Virus record (IMG/VR): IMGVR_UViG_3300031785_000002
Coordinates: 1 to 57,033 of that record
Length of the DNA stretch: 57,033 bases
Direction: 5' to 3' (one strand)
Origin: a virus
Taxonomy: Duplodnaviria > Caudoviricetes
Part shown: positions 44,489-53,449 of the stretch, piece after piece
Layout: each line of letters begins with the position of its first letter
How positions within the stretch are numbered: the stretch's first letter is position 1
Notes under the pieces: model-generated
The model's input: the letters and a program-made list of their open reading frames with translations, nothing else
Told to the model about the DNA's origin: nothing
Database searches by the model: none
Made by a program: the position numbers and the translations under genes

Positions 44489-45394
44489 ATGGCTATAACA
44501 CGCGCACAACTCCTGAAGGAACTGTTACCGGGTCTTAACGCACTGTTCGGTTTGGAATACGAAAAGTATGAAAATGAACACGCAGAAATCTATGAAACTG
44601 AAACATCAGAGCGTAGCTTCGAGGAAGAAGTAAAGCTGTCTGGTTTCGGAGCCGCTCCCGTAAAACCGGAGGGGTCAGCGATTTCGTTTGACAGCGCTCA
44701 GGAATCCTTCACAGCCCGTTACAACCACGAAACTGTGGCAATGGGCTTTTCTGTAACTGAAGAAGCAATGGAAGATAATTTGTATGATGCGCTTTCAGCA
44801 CGTTATACAAAGTCTCTTGCCCGTGCGATGGCATATACCAAGCAGGTAAAAGCCGCCGCGCTGCTAAACAATGGTTTCACCACCTTTCAATCAGGTGATG
44901 GGGTAACATTGTTTAATGCTTCTCACCCGACTGTACAGGGTGGAACTAACTCAAATCGTCCAAGCACAAATGCTGACTTGAACGAGACTTCTTTGGAAGA
45001 AGCAGTTATTAATATTGCCGCATTCGTTGATGAGCGTGGCCTGTTGATTGCCGCTCGTCCACGTAAGTTGGTTATTCCACCAGCATTGATGTTTGTTGCA
45101 ACTCGTCTACTACAGACAGATTTGCGTGTCGGCACAGCCGATAACGACATCAACGCTATTCGGTCAAACGGTTCGATTCCAGAAGGATTCCGTGTCAATC
45201 ACTACCTGACTGACAACGATGCGTTCTTCCTGACAACCGATGTGCCGAACGGCATGAAGCATTTTGTCCGTACACCAATGTCAACATCTATGGATGGTGA
45301 CTTTGACACAGGCAATGTTCGCTACAAGGCCCGTGAGCGTTACAGCTTCGGTGTGTCCGACCCATTAGGCATTTATGGCTCACCCGGAGCGTAA
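44489..45394 (+). CDS. major capsid protein
   Basis: MAITRAQLLKELLPGLNALFGLEY...GDFDTGNVRYKARERYSFG. Confidence 0.9.
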   Translation: MAITRAQLLKELLPGLNALFGLEYEKYENEHAEIYETETSERSFEEEVKLSGFGAAPVKPEGSAISFDSAQESFTARYNHETVAMGFSVTEEAMEDNLYDALSARYTKSLARAMAYTKQVKAAALLNNGFTTFQSGDGVTLFNASHPTVQGGTNSNRPSTNADLNETSLEEAVINIAAFVDERGLLIAARPRKLVIPPALMFVATRLLQTDLRVGTADNDINAIRSNGSIPEGFRVNHYLTDNDAFFLTTDVPNGMKHFVRTPMSTSMDGDFDTGNVRYKARERYSFGVSDPLGIYGSPGA

Positions 45395-45421
45395 TTGTAC
45401 TATGGTATAAACTTTTAGATT

Positions 45422-45450
45422 GGGCGGCTTCCGGGTCGCCCTTTCTTTTT
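45422..45450 (+). terminator. intrinsic terminator after MCP
   Basis: GGGCGGC-ttccgg-GTCGCCC-TTTCTTTTT. Confidence 0.85.
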
Positions 45451-45466
45451 GTATAATGATTATGAA

Positions 45467-45511
45467 CCTTGACAGTCGCATACTGCGGCTGACACTAGCC
45501 AAGACAAGGAG
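45467..45511 (+). promoter_or_regulatory. structured 5' leader masking the RBS
   Basis: TATAAT at 45452; CCTTG/CAAGG stem overlapping AAGGAG; inner CAGTCGC/GCGGCTG hairpin. Confidence 0.45.
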
Positions 45512-45516
45512 TTCCC

Positions 45517-45999
45517 ATGGCTAATACTACTTTTAGCGGTCCCGTCCGCTCAGAAAACGGTTTCAAGAATGTTATTAAAAGCGCGACAACTGGTGACCTT
45601 ACCAGTGAGATGACACTTTCTGTTTACACTGCTACTGTAACAGTTGCCAGTGGTGCTACTACAGGAAAAGAATCTGCTATTGGCATTCCATCAAACTTTA
45701 TTCCTCTGGCTGTTATGGTCGCCGTTACAGGCGCGGCGTCTAACAACGTAAACCTAGTTGATATCGGCACAGACGCAGACACAGATGGATTTGTTGACGG
45801 CATTGCCGCCGCAGTAAACTCAACTGGTTTCAAAGGCTTTTTCCCATGTAATGGTGTGTTGGGTATGTCTGGCGGCACAACAACAGCCGCTACAGAAACA
45901 GCAGATGAGGTTGAGATTGTTCTGTCCGGTGACCCCGGAGCAGACACAACTGTAGTTATGAAGTTTATGGGTATTTCTAGCTCATCAGACGCTTCGTAG
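45517..45999 (+). CDS. minor capsid/decoration protein
   Basis: MANTTFSGPVRSENGF N-terminus. Confidence 0.55.
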   Translation: MANTTFSGPVRSENGFKNVIKSATTGDLTSEMTLSVYTATVTVASGATTGKESAIGIPSNFIPLAVMVAVTGAASNNVNLVDIGTDADTDGFVDGIAAAVNSTGFKGFFPCNGVLGMSGGTTTAATETADEVEIVLSGDPGADTTVVMKFMGISSSSDAS

Positions 46000-46008
46000 G
46001 AGGCTAAT

Positions 46009-46287
46009 ATGAGTAGGTCCGATGTATTTGCAGTCACCAAGACAGCAGATGCCACCGTGTATGCTGGACGCGCAAGAGTGCGTCAAATACAGGTGGTGAC
46101 CGCTGGCTCTGGTAGTCCGCAGGTTGTTTTAAAGGATGGTGGTTCTAGTGGGACCACTCTACTAGATGTAGCTTTTGGCACATCTAGCACATTCTCTGTA
46201 AACATTCCAGACAACGGCATTTTGTTTGAAACAGATGTTTATCTGGATTTAACTGCGTGTTCTAGTGTAACGGTGTTTATGTCATAG
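46009..46287 (+). CDS. small beta-rich virion protein
   Basis: GR.RV..I...IPD.GILF...VY. Confidence 0.5.
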   Translation: MSRSDVFAVTKTADATVYAGRARVRQIQVVTAGSGSPQVVLKDGGSSGTTLLDVAFGTSSTFSVNIPDNGILFETDVYLDLTACSSVTVFMS

Positions 46288-46297
46288 GGGATGGGCT

Positions 46298-46588
46298 GTG
46301 CCTAGAAGAAAAGAAACCCCTATAAAAACATCTGTCAAGTCTGGTAATTTCCGTCCCACTAAAAGCGGGGCGGGGATGACCAAAAAAGGTGTTGCCGCTT
46401 ACAGAAAAGCAAATCCCGGAAGTAAGCTAAAGACTGCTGTAACTGGCAAAGTTAAGAAAGGAAGCAAGGACGCAAAGAGACGTAAGTCTTTCTGCGCTCG
46501 TTCTGCTGGTCAAATGAAGAAGTTTCCTAAAGCGGCAAAGAATCCAAACAGCCGTTTACGTCAAGCTAGAAGACGGTGGAAGTGTTAA
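46298..46588 (+). CDS. basic conserved protein (DUF6321-like)
   Basis: G.T.KGVAAYR.ANPGSKL...RRKSFCARS.G...SR.RQARRRWKC. Confidence 0.65.
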   Translation: MPRRKETPIKTSVKSGNFRPTKSGAGMTKKGVAAYRKANPGSKLKTAVTGKVKKGSKDAKRRKSFCARSAGQMKKFPKAAKNPNSRLRQARRRWKC

Positions 46589-47026
46589 ATGCCAATCTCA
46601 AGAGCCTCCATGAGGCAACAAATGAAAGGTAATAGGATGGCGAAGACAAGATTTATGCGCGATATGATGAAAGGAGTTAAGAAAATTCCTGAAGGCGCAA
46701 TAAAAACAAAGAAAAAACCAAAGCTAAAAAAGAAGGCTGGCGGCGGTAAAGTAATGAAAGCCAACATGGGTAAGCTGTTAGAGACAGTTTCTCCAGCGTA
46801 CAGCATTATGAAAGGCAAAGGCCCAATATCAGACGCTTTTAGCAGCGCTGGTGGAATGGGTTTAGGCGGTATTTTAGGTATGCTTGCCAAAGGTCAAAAG
46901 GGCAAAAGAAAAGGTATGCAAGCCGATCAAATGAAGCAAATGCAAAGAATGTATGGCGGCGGAGCCATGAAAAAACGGCGTGATGGCATTGCCTCCAAGG
47001 GCAAAACAAAAGGCACTATTAGGTAA
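46589..47026 (+). CDS. Lys/Met-rich basic protein
   Basis: K-rich; RDGIA.KGKTKG C-terminus. Confidence 0.6.
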   Translation: MPISRASMRQQMKGNRMAKTRFMRDMMKGVKKIPEGAIKTKKKPKLKKKAGGGKVMKANMGKLLETVSPAYSIMKGKGPISDAFSSAGGMGLGGILGMLAKGQKGKRKGMQADQMKQMQRMYGGGAMKKRRDGIASKGKTKGTIR

Positions 47027-47178
47027 TGGAAAGAAAAAGCGTTACAGCACCAAAGGGGTTTCATTGGATGAAGCACGGCTCTGGGTATAAGTTAATGAAA
47101 AATCCCAAGGGTGGTTTTAAGGCTCATAAAGGTGCTAGTGTAAAAGCTATTTTCCCCGTGCAAAAGGTGCATAAATGA
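47026..47178 (+). CDS. 50-aa basic protein
   Basis: Not in ORF track; MERKSVTAPKGFHWMK..GYKLMK...HKGAS; coupled on both sides. Confidence 0.6.
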   Translation: MERKSVTAPKGFHWMKHGSGYKLMKNPKGGFKAHKGASVKAIFPVQKVHK

Positions 47179-47432
47179 AACGCAATTACAAAGGTGAGTA
47201 CAAAAAATATCACTCATCTACAGAGCAAAAGAAACGCCGTGCCAGTAGAAATACAGCCCGTAGAAGACTGACTGCGGCAGGCAAGGTAAAAAGAGGCGAC
47301 AAAAAGGATGTTGCTCATAAAAATGGTAACCCTAAAGACAACCGTAAAAGCAATCTTAGGGTAGTTGCTAGAAATCTTAACAGGTCTTTTCCAAGGACTA
47401 GAACAGCAAAGAAGGTAAGCAAGAGGTCGTAA
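47175..47432 (+). CDS. basic HNH-motif protein
   Basis: KDVAHKNGNPKDNRKSNLRVV...NRS. Confidence 0.7.
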   Translation: MKRNYKGEYKKYHSSTEQKKRRASRNTARRRLTAAGKVKRGDKKDVAHKNGNPKDNRKSNLRVVARNLNRSFPRTRTAKKVSKRS

Positions 47433-47626
47433 TGTACGTTGGTAGCTCAAATGGATACGCTGTTCCTGTTTACAAAACTGGCGACAGCACAACTAGAACA
47501 AGGGTCCATTGCGGAAACTGCCCACGTTGTAACGAAAAACTTATCACTGTTTTTGTGCATGGACATGAACAGTGTTCTAAGTGTGGTTCTGTAATCCATG
47601 ATTGTTGCCAAGGAGAAAGAGGATGA
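47432..47626 (+). CDS. Zn-finger protein
   Basis: CPRC...VHGHEQC.KC.....CCQGE. Confidence 0.6.
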   Translation: MYVGSSNGYAVPVYKTGDSTTRTRVHCGNCPRCNEKLITVFVHGHEQCSKCGSVIHDCCQGERG

Positions 47627-47979
47627 GAGCGGCAAAGATGATGTGCGCCAAGCGCAAAAAGCCAATAGCCATGAAGAGAGGTGGTAACCCAGTGGCTAAA
47701 AAATTATCTGACCCCAAGTTCAAGCCAAAGGTTGTAAAGCCAAAGAAAGGTAAGGGTTCTTACTCACGGAAGGGCAAAGCCCTTCCTATGAAGTCTGGGG
47801 GTAAAACAAAGTCAAGGGTAAACGAGGCTGGAAACTACACAAAGCCGGGTTTGAGAAAACGTATTTTTAATAGGATTAAAGCAGGTGGAAAGGGCGGCGC
47901 TCCGGGACAGTGGTCAGCAAGAAAAGCGCAAATGATGGCCGCTGCTTATAAAAAAGCAGGGGGCGGCTATAAAGACTAA
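47623..47979 (+). CDS. basic protein
   Basis: KKGKGSYSRK; NYTKP.LRK.......GQWSARKAQ. Confidence 0.6.
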   Translation: MRAAKMMCAKRKKPIAMKRGGNPVAKKLSDPKFKPKVVKPKKGKGSYSRKGKALPMKSGGKTKSRVNEAGNYTKPGLRKRIFNRIKAGGKGGAPGQWSARKAQMMAAAYKKAGGGYKD

Positions 47980-48293
47980 TGGCAAAGAAACCAGACCCAA
48001 AAGTAGGAACAGGTAAAAAGCCAAAGGGAAGTGGTCGCAGGCTTTATACAGATGAGAATCCGAAAGATACTGTCGGTATAAAGTTTGCTACGCCTGCTGA
48101 TGCTAGGGCAACTGTAGCCAAAGTTAAAAAGGTTAATAAGCCTTACGCTAGAAAGATACAGATATTAACAGTTGGCGAACAAAGAGCCAAAGTTATGGGA
48201 AAGTCAGAGGTCGCCAGAATATTTAAACAGGGTAAAGAGGCGATTAGACGGTCTAATAAAAAGGGAACAGGGAGAGTTAAACGAACCAGATAA
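47979..48293 (+). CDS. basic conserved protein
   Basis: GKKPKGSGRRLYTDENPKDTV.IKF. Confidence 0.6.
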   Translation: MAKKPDPKVGTGKKPKGSGRRLYTDENPKDTVGIKFATPADARATVAKVKKVNKPYARKIQILTVGEQRAKVMGKSEVARIFKQGKEAIRRSNKKGTGRVKRTR

Positions 48294-48308
48294 TGAGGTT
48301 GCATAAAA

Positions 48309-48782
48309 ATGGTTGTCGCAGAAGCTCTCGCAGGAATTGCATTAGTTAAAAGCGCCGTTGATGGTATTAAGTCTGCCATCTCAACAACAAACGACATAGG
48401 TCAAATAGCTGGCTATGTAGATAAATTGTTACAAGGTCGCGATGAGGCAAACAAAGCGAAGCGTGAAGCATCAAGTGACTCGTTTAGCGTTAAGTCTATA
48501 GCTGAGGAAACCATTAATGCAAAGCTGGCAGAAGAACACCTTGATGAAATGCGTAGCCTTATTGACATGAGGTTTGGTCATGGTACTTGGGCTGGTATAA
48601 TAAACGAAAGAGCCAAAAGAATTAGAGAGGCAAAAGAAGCAGAAGAAGAAGCAAAAAGAGAAAAGATGAAAAAGAAATTAGAGTTTGAACAAATGGTGGA
48701 GACATCTGTAACAGCTTTTCTTGCATTGGGCTTTATGGCGGTGGCTCTGTTATCTGTGATATACTTCGCTACAAGGGGATAA
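48309..48782 (+). CDS. membrane-anchored coiled-coil protein
   Basis: C-terminal TM segment; RFG.GTW motif. Confidence 0.6.
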   Translation: MVVAEALAGIALVKSAVDGIKSAISTTNDIGQIAGYVDKLLQGRDEANKAKREASSDSFSVKSIAEETINAKLAEEHLDEMRSLIDMRFGHGTWAGIINERAKRIREAKEAEEEAKREKMKKKLEFEQMVETSVTAFLALGFMAVALLSVIYFATRG

Positions 48783-48784
48783 AT

Positions 48785-49045
48785 ATGCCGTTAAAGAAAT
48801 CGCAAAGAAGTTTAAAGGCTTGGACGAAACAAAAATGGAGAACTAAAAGTGGGAAACCATCGACACAGGGTCCAAAAGCAACCGGGGAGAGATATCTACC
48901 TTCAAGTGCCATCAAGTCCCTATCGCCCCAAGAGTACGCGGCAACAACCCGTGCTAAACGAAAAGCAACTAAGGCTGGTAAGCAATTCTCAAAACAGCCT
49001 AAAAAAATACGAGCTAAAGTGAAGCCGCACAGAAAGGTCAAATAA
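48785..49045 (+). CDS. basic conserved protein
   Basis: SQ.SLK.WT.QKWRTKSGKPS..TGERYLP. Confidence 0.6.
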   Translation: MPLKKSQRSLKAWTKQKWRTKSGKPSTQGPKATGERYLPSSAIKSLSPQEYAATTRAKRKATKAGKQFSKQPKKIRAKVKPHRKVK

Positions 49046-49722
49046 TGTCTGTAGTAACACCAGACCTACCAGAACTATTTGATGAAGCGTTTGAACGCGC
49101 AGGGCTTCAAATGACAACTGGCTATGACCTTAAAACAGTTAGACGTAGCCTTAACCTATTAACATTGGAGTGGCAGAACCGTGGGCTTAATCTCTGGACC
49201 ATTGACGGGGGTACTTTATCTCTTACGTCAGGCACAGCAACTTATGCTATGCCTACAGACACTATTGACCTCATTGAACATCAAATTAGAACGGGAACGG
49301 GTACGAGTCAGGTGGATACGAATTTGGACCGTATCAGCGTCTCAACGTATGCTCAACAATCTTCAAAAAACACTCAGGGACGCCCCTCTCAAATATTTAT
49401 TGACCGTCAAGCAACGGCTGTCAATGTTACTCTCTGGCCTGTTCCGGACGATAGCACATATACTCTCTCGTATTACCGCCTTCGTGGAATCTCTGGCGTC
49501 TCGTCTGGGATAGGAACAAGTGCAGATGTGCCGCCACGGTTTATTCCGTGTCTGGTATCAGGTTTGGCCTATTACATTGCTATGAAAAGGCCAGAAGTGG
49601 CGGCGCGTGTGGCTCCGCTTAAACAAGAGTATGAGTTTCAATTTGAGCTTGCCGCAGGGGAAGACTCGGACTCATCATCAATTAAGTTCGTGCCATACGA
49701 CACGTTTTACTTAGGAGGCTGA
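49045..49722 (+). CDS. head-tail adaptor / tail tubular protein A-like
   Basis: EAFERAG...RRSLNLL..EW.NRGLNLWT...GRP...LWPVPD...P.RF.PCLV.GLAYY. Confidence 0.7.
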   Translation: MSVVTPDLPELFDEAFERAGLQMTTGYDLKTVRRSLNLLTLEWQNRGLNLWTIDGGTLSLTSGTATYAMPTDTIDLIEHQIRTGTGTSQVDTNLDRISVSTYAQQSSKNTQGRPSQIFIDRQATAVNVTLWPVPDDSTYTLSYYRLRGISGVSSGIGTSADVPPRFIPCLVSGLAYYIAMKRPEVAARVAPLKQEYEFQFELAAGEDSDSSSIKFVPYDTFYLGG

Positions 49723-49723
49723 T

Positions 49724-50731
49724 ATGCCAATGAAATACAATCCAAAGAGTGAAAAGAAAAAGAAGAAGTTGCCGAAGGCTCCCCCTTCACGCCCTCGTCA
49801 CGCAAACCCAAAGCACCCAATGAACGCAGAGCGTACAGGCCCACTTCGCAAAAGAAGAGGTGGTACAGCAAAAAAGAAAGTGACGCCACCCAAGCCAAGG
49901 CCAACTAAAGCTCAAAGAGACAAGGCAAAAAGAACAAGCACTCTTATTGGGCAAATAGATGAGGTAATGAACCCCGGCGGTCGCGCACAGAGAACAAGAA
50001 GAGGGGAGGGTTCCAGAAATGTTCCCGCTCTTAGTGAGGTGCTTCAAGGCACATATAGATACGGAAAGAGAAAGGTGAAAGACATGGCCTCTCGGATGAA
50101 AAAAGGCGGCAAGCTAAAGATGGTGGAAAAGGACGGTAAGAAGGTTCCGTTCTTTGCCGCAGATGGTATTGGCAAGATGAATAAGGGTGGTCCTGTAGAA
50201 GTAAAGAAGGGCATGACCTTATCTCAAATTGCAAAGAACAATAACACCTCAATACAAGCTCTTCTTGCGGCCAATCCTAGCATTAAAAATGCTAATCAAA
50301 TTCGCATAGGCCAAAAGATTAAAATGCCTAAAGCAGGAAGCGTTCCGGGCAATACTAAAACTAAAAATCCATACGCCCGTATGTCTAAAACTCAAATGAA
50401 CATGATGAGGTCTAAGGACAAAGGACAGCAACGCGCAGTAACTAGCGCTATGCGTAATGAGGCTAAGAATACTGGCGCTCAAACTACTCCAACGCCTAAG
50501 AAGGCGGCAACGGTAAAAGACGCTCGTTCCGCTGTGCCAAAGGCAAAAAAGGACGCGTTAATTGCTCAAATGAAGGCAGCTAATAAGAAGAAGCCAACTA
50601 AGATTTCTCGGCGGGTCGGCAGAAAAGGAGCAGGCGGCATGATGAAAAAAGGACTAGGGTACAAATCTGGTGGTATGGTTCGTGGCGCTGGTGCGGCCAC
50701 AAAGGGCAAGCGATTTACTCGCGCAGGATAA
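49724..50731 (+). CDS. Lys-rich protein with LysM domain
   Basis: VKKGMTLSQIA......LL.ANP.I...N.I.IGQKI.MP at about 50195-50330. Confidence 0.75.
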   Translation: MPMKYNPKSEKKKKKLPKAPPSRPRHANPKHPMNAERTGPLRKRRGGTAKKKVTPPKPRPTKAQRDKAKRTSTLIGQIDEVMNPGGRAQRTRRGEGSRNVPALSEVLQGTYRYGKRKVKDMASRMKKGGKLKMVEKDGKKVPFFAADGIGKMNKGGPVEVKKGMTLSQIAKNNNTSIQALLAANPSIKNANQIRIGQKIKMPKAGSVPGNTKTKNPYARMSKTQMNMMRSKDKGQQRAVTSAMRNEAKNTGAQTTPTPKKAATVKDARSAVPKAKKDALIAQMKAANKKKPTKISRRVGRKGAGGMMKKGLGYKSGGMVRGAGAATKGKRFTRAG

Positions 50732-50734
50732 TAA

Positions 50735-51205
50735 ATGCCGTTAGCTAGAGGAAAATACGCGTTTGGCTTTTGCGATAAAACAGGGTTTAGGTATAAATTA
50801 TCAGACCTTGTTTTTGAGTTTCGTAATGGCGTTAAAACTGGTCTAAGGGTCGGCAATGATGTTGCTGACCCAGACCACCCCCAAAACTTTCTTGGGCGGA
50901 TTAGAATTAACGACCCTCAATCATTGTCCAATGCAAGGCCAGATAGATTCTCAGATTCGGTTACAGTTACGTTTCCGACATTTGATGTATCTACTTTAAC
51001 GCAAGTTAATGTTGGATTCGGCATTGGAAGGGTTGGCGAAGTAACAACAAGTGGAGCGCCCGTTCCTGCACAGAATGTTTCCTTGCAGCTTAGTGCAGTA
51101 TTTGGTGTGGGTAGTGCTGGTAATATGTCAATAGGCCCAGCATCGACCTATGACTCTACAAGTGTTACACTTGACTCTACAAACAAAACCTTTGACGAGG
51201 GGTAA
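50735..51205 (+). CDS. virion-associated protein
   Basis: A.GKYAFGFCD.TGFRY...D.DHPQ N-terminus. Confidence 0.55.
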   Translation: MPLARGKYAFGFCDKTGFRYKLSDLVFEFRNGVKTGLRVGNDVADPDHPQNFLGRIRINDPQSLSNARPDRFSDSVTVTFPTFDVSTLTQVNVGFGIGRVGEVTTSGAPVPAQNVSLQLSAVFGVGSAGNMSIGPASTYDSTSVTLDSTNKTFDEG

Positions 51206-51859
51206 ATGGCAAAGCAAACAGTAGGAATTGGCTCAAGCGCAAATGATGGAAGTGGCGATACACTTCGTGTTGGGGCAGATAAAATAAATGATAACTTCAA
51301 TGAGATTTATGCGGCATTGGGAAACAGTTCCAGTGTGCTAACTGATATTATAGATGCTAATGGCCTCTTTGATGTTAGCTCTGGCGCAAATAAGATTGTT
51401 TTCTATTATGCTGCTTTAAGTGACTTACCAAGCGCATCAACTTATCATGGGGCTGTAGCTCATGTTCACGCTACAGGGGGTTTGTACTTTGCTCATGGCG
51501 GTAATTGGATACGATTAAATGATGAAACTACTGGACCTGTAACAAAATATACAACGACAGCAGCAACAGGCTCTGCTTATCAGTTTTCTGGACCCGGCGC
51601 TACATCTGGAAACAATCCCAATTTTACCTTTTATAAAGGTCACACATATTTAATTGACAACACCTCGTATGTTGGCAGTCATCCTTTGCAGATACGAACA
51701 GCTGCTGGTGGGTCTGCTTTTACAACAGGGGTTACAGATAATTACAACAGCACTACTGGGCTAACTCAGTTTATTGTGCCGCATGAGCCAAGTGACACTT
51801 CCTTAGTGTACCAATGCACCGTTCACAGCAGTATGGTTGGTAACATAACAATAGTATGA
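51206..51859 (+). CDS. fibre/baseplate-like protein (T4 gp9/gp10-like N-terminus)
   Basis: KQ.VGIGS.ANDG.GD.LR.G..KIN.NF.EIY; C-terminal YQCT.H..M.G cupredoxin-like motif. Confidence 0.6.
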   Translation: MAKQTVGIGSSANDGSGDTLRVGADKINDNFNEIYAALGNSSSVLTDIIDANGLFDVSSGANKIVFYYAALSDLPSASTYHGAVAHVHATGGLYFAHGGNWIRLNDETTGPVTKYTTTAATGSAYQFSGPGATSGNNPNFTFYKGHTYLIDNTSYVGSHPLQIRTAAGGSAFTTGVTDNYNSTTGLTQFIVPHEPSDTSLVYQCTVHSSMVGNITIV

Positions 51860-51871
51860 TGAGATTTTAAA

Positions 51872-52291
51872 ATGGCTATAACTACAGCAATGTGTACAAG
51901 TTTTAAAAAAGAGCTTTTTGAAGCGACACATGATTTTACATCAGATACATTTAAGATTGCTCTGTTTACCAGCAGTGCGAGTCTAGGAGCCTCTACCACA
52001 GCTTACTCCACATCCAACGAGATTTCCGGTTCAGGGTATAGCGCTGGCGGGGTTGCGTTGACCGTAGTTGCGCCAACTACAGACGGAACATCTGCTTTTG
52101 TGGATTTTAATGACCCCTCTTGGACAAGCGCTTCATTTACTGCAAATGGCGCACTTATTTATAACTCTAGCAAATCAAACAAAGCAGTGGCAGCTTTTGC
52201 TTTTGGCGGCGACCAAACAGTATCATCTGGTACTTTTGCAATAACAATACCCGCAGCGGCGTCAGGAACAGCGGTAGTCAGGATTGATTAA
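51872..52291 (+). CDS. virion structural protein
   Basis: MAIT.AMCTSFK.EL...F.IALFT...Y.AGG..L. Confidence 0.6.
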   Translation: MAITTAMCTSFKKELFEATHDFTSDTFKIALFTSSASLGASTTAYSTSNEISGSGYSAGGVALTVVAPTTDGTSAFVDFNDPSWTSASFTANGALIYNSSKSNKAVAAFAFGGDQTVSSGTFAITIPAAASGTAVVRID

Positions 52292-52965
52292 TGTCTTATT
52301 CGTATTCAGAGCTAAAGCAGGCTATACAAGATTTTACTGAGAATGACGAAACAGGTTTTGTAACAAACCTGCCTGTGTTTATTCGCTCTGCCGAAGACCG
52401 CATTTTTTCAAATGTAGATTTAGAAAACTTTAGAAAGAACGCCACATCTGCACTTACACAAAACAACGAGTACCTTTCTACCCCAGCAGACTTTCTCGCT
52501 CCGTTTTCTTTATTCATAACCACTGCAAGCAGTGAAAACTTTTTAATAGAAAAAGACGTTAATTTTATTAGAGAGGCGTATCCCAACAGGGCCACAACAG
52601 GCGTTCCTAAATATTACGCTTTCTTTGATGCCACCGCGACATCTTCAGGTCAGGTTCAGGCAAACTTCATACTGGGTCCAACGCCGGACCAAGCATATAC
52701 TGTGGAGTTGCATTATTACTATCGACCAGCAAGCCTGACTGCTGGCGCAAACAGTGAGTATACATGGTTAAGCAAAAACGCTTCCAATGCCCTTCTTTAC
52801 GGTTCTTTGATAGAGGCGTATATTTACATGAAGGGTGAGCAGGATGTTATATCCATGTATGAGGGTCGTTTCCAAGAGGCAATGACAAGATTAAAAGACC
52901 TTGCTGAGGCAAGAGAAAATGATGACGCATATAGGCAGGGATTGCCAAAGCGTCCTCGCACATAA
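52291..52965 (+). CDS. second adaptor-like virion protein
   Basis: Y.ELK.AIQD.TEN.E...FI..AE.RI...PTPD..Y.VELHY...LLYG.L.EA. Confidence 0.6.
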   Translation: MSYSYSELKQAIQDFTENDETGFVTNLPVFIRSAEDRIFSNVDLENFRKNATSALTQNNEYLSTPADFLAPFSLFITTASSENFLIEKDVNFIREAYPNRATTGVPKYYAFFDATATSSGQVQANFILGPTPDQAYTVELHYYYRPASLTAGANSEYTWLSKNASNALLYGSLIEAYIYMKGEQDVISMYEGRFQEAMTRLKDLAEARENDDAYRQGLPKRPRT

Positions 52966-52975
52966 GGAGTAAGAA

Positions 52976-53449
52976 ATGGCAACGAGTAACGCGGCAACCA
53001 CGTTTCTTGAGAATAAGTTACTTAACTTTTTGTTCAAGAATAACGCTGGTTCCTTTTCAACCCCCGGTGACAGCATATATGTTGGGCTGGCAACAGCGGT
53101 ATCTAACTTTAATAATACCTCTGGTGAAACAGACGCTCCTGTAATTACAGAGGCCACCTTCACAAACTATGCCCGATTGCAAGTTACAGCGGCAAACTGG
53201 ACCGTAACGTCAGATACCACTGAAGCACAAAAAGCTACAAACACTAACAATATAGAGTTTGCAGCATCAGGCGGAACAAGCAATACGGTCACACACGCAT
53301 TTATAGCGACTCATGCAAGCGCCAGTTTGGTGACAGAAGGCAGTGGCGGCAATGTCCTGTTTATCGGTGCATTAGATGCGTCAAAAACTATCGCTACGGG
53401 CGATATCTTCCGTATCAACGCTGGGAATCTTGAAATTGAGTTAAAGTAA
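52976..53449 (+). CDS. virion structural protein
   Basis: LE.KLL...Y.GL...YAR...L..SKTI.TGD.F. Confidence 0.55.
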   Translation: MATSNAATTFLENKLLNFLFKNNAGSFSTPGDSIYVGLATAVSNFNNTSGETDAPVITEATFTNYARLQVTAANWTVTSDTTEAQKATNTNNIEFAASGGTSNTVTHAFIATHASASLVTEGSGGNVLFIGALDASKTIATGDIFRINAGNLEIELK

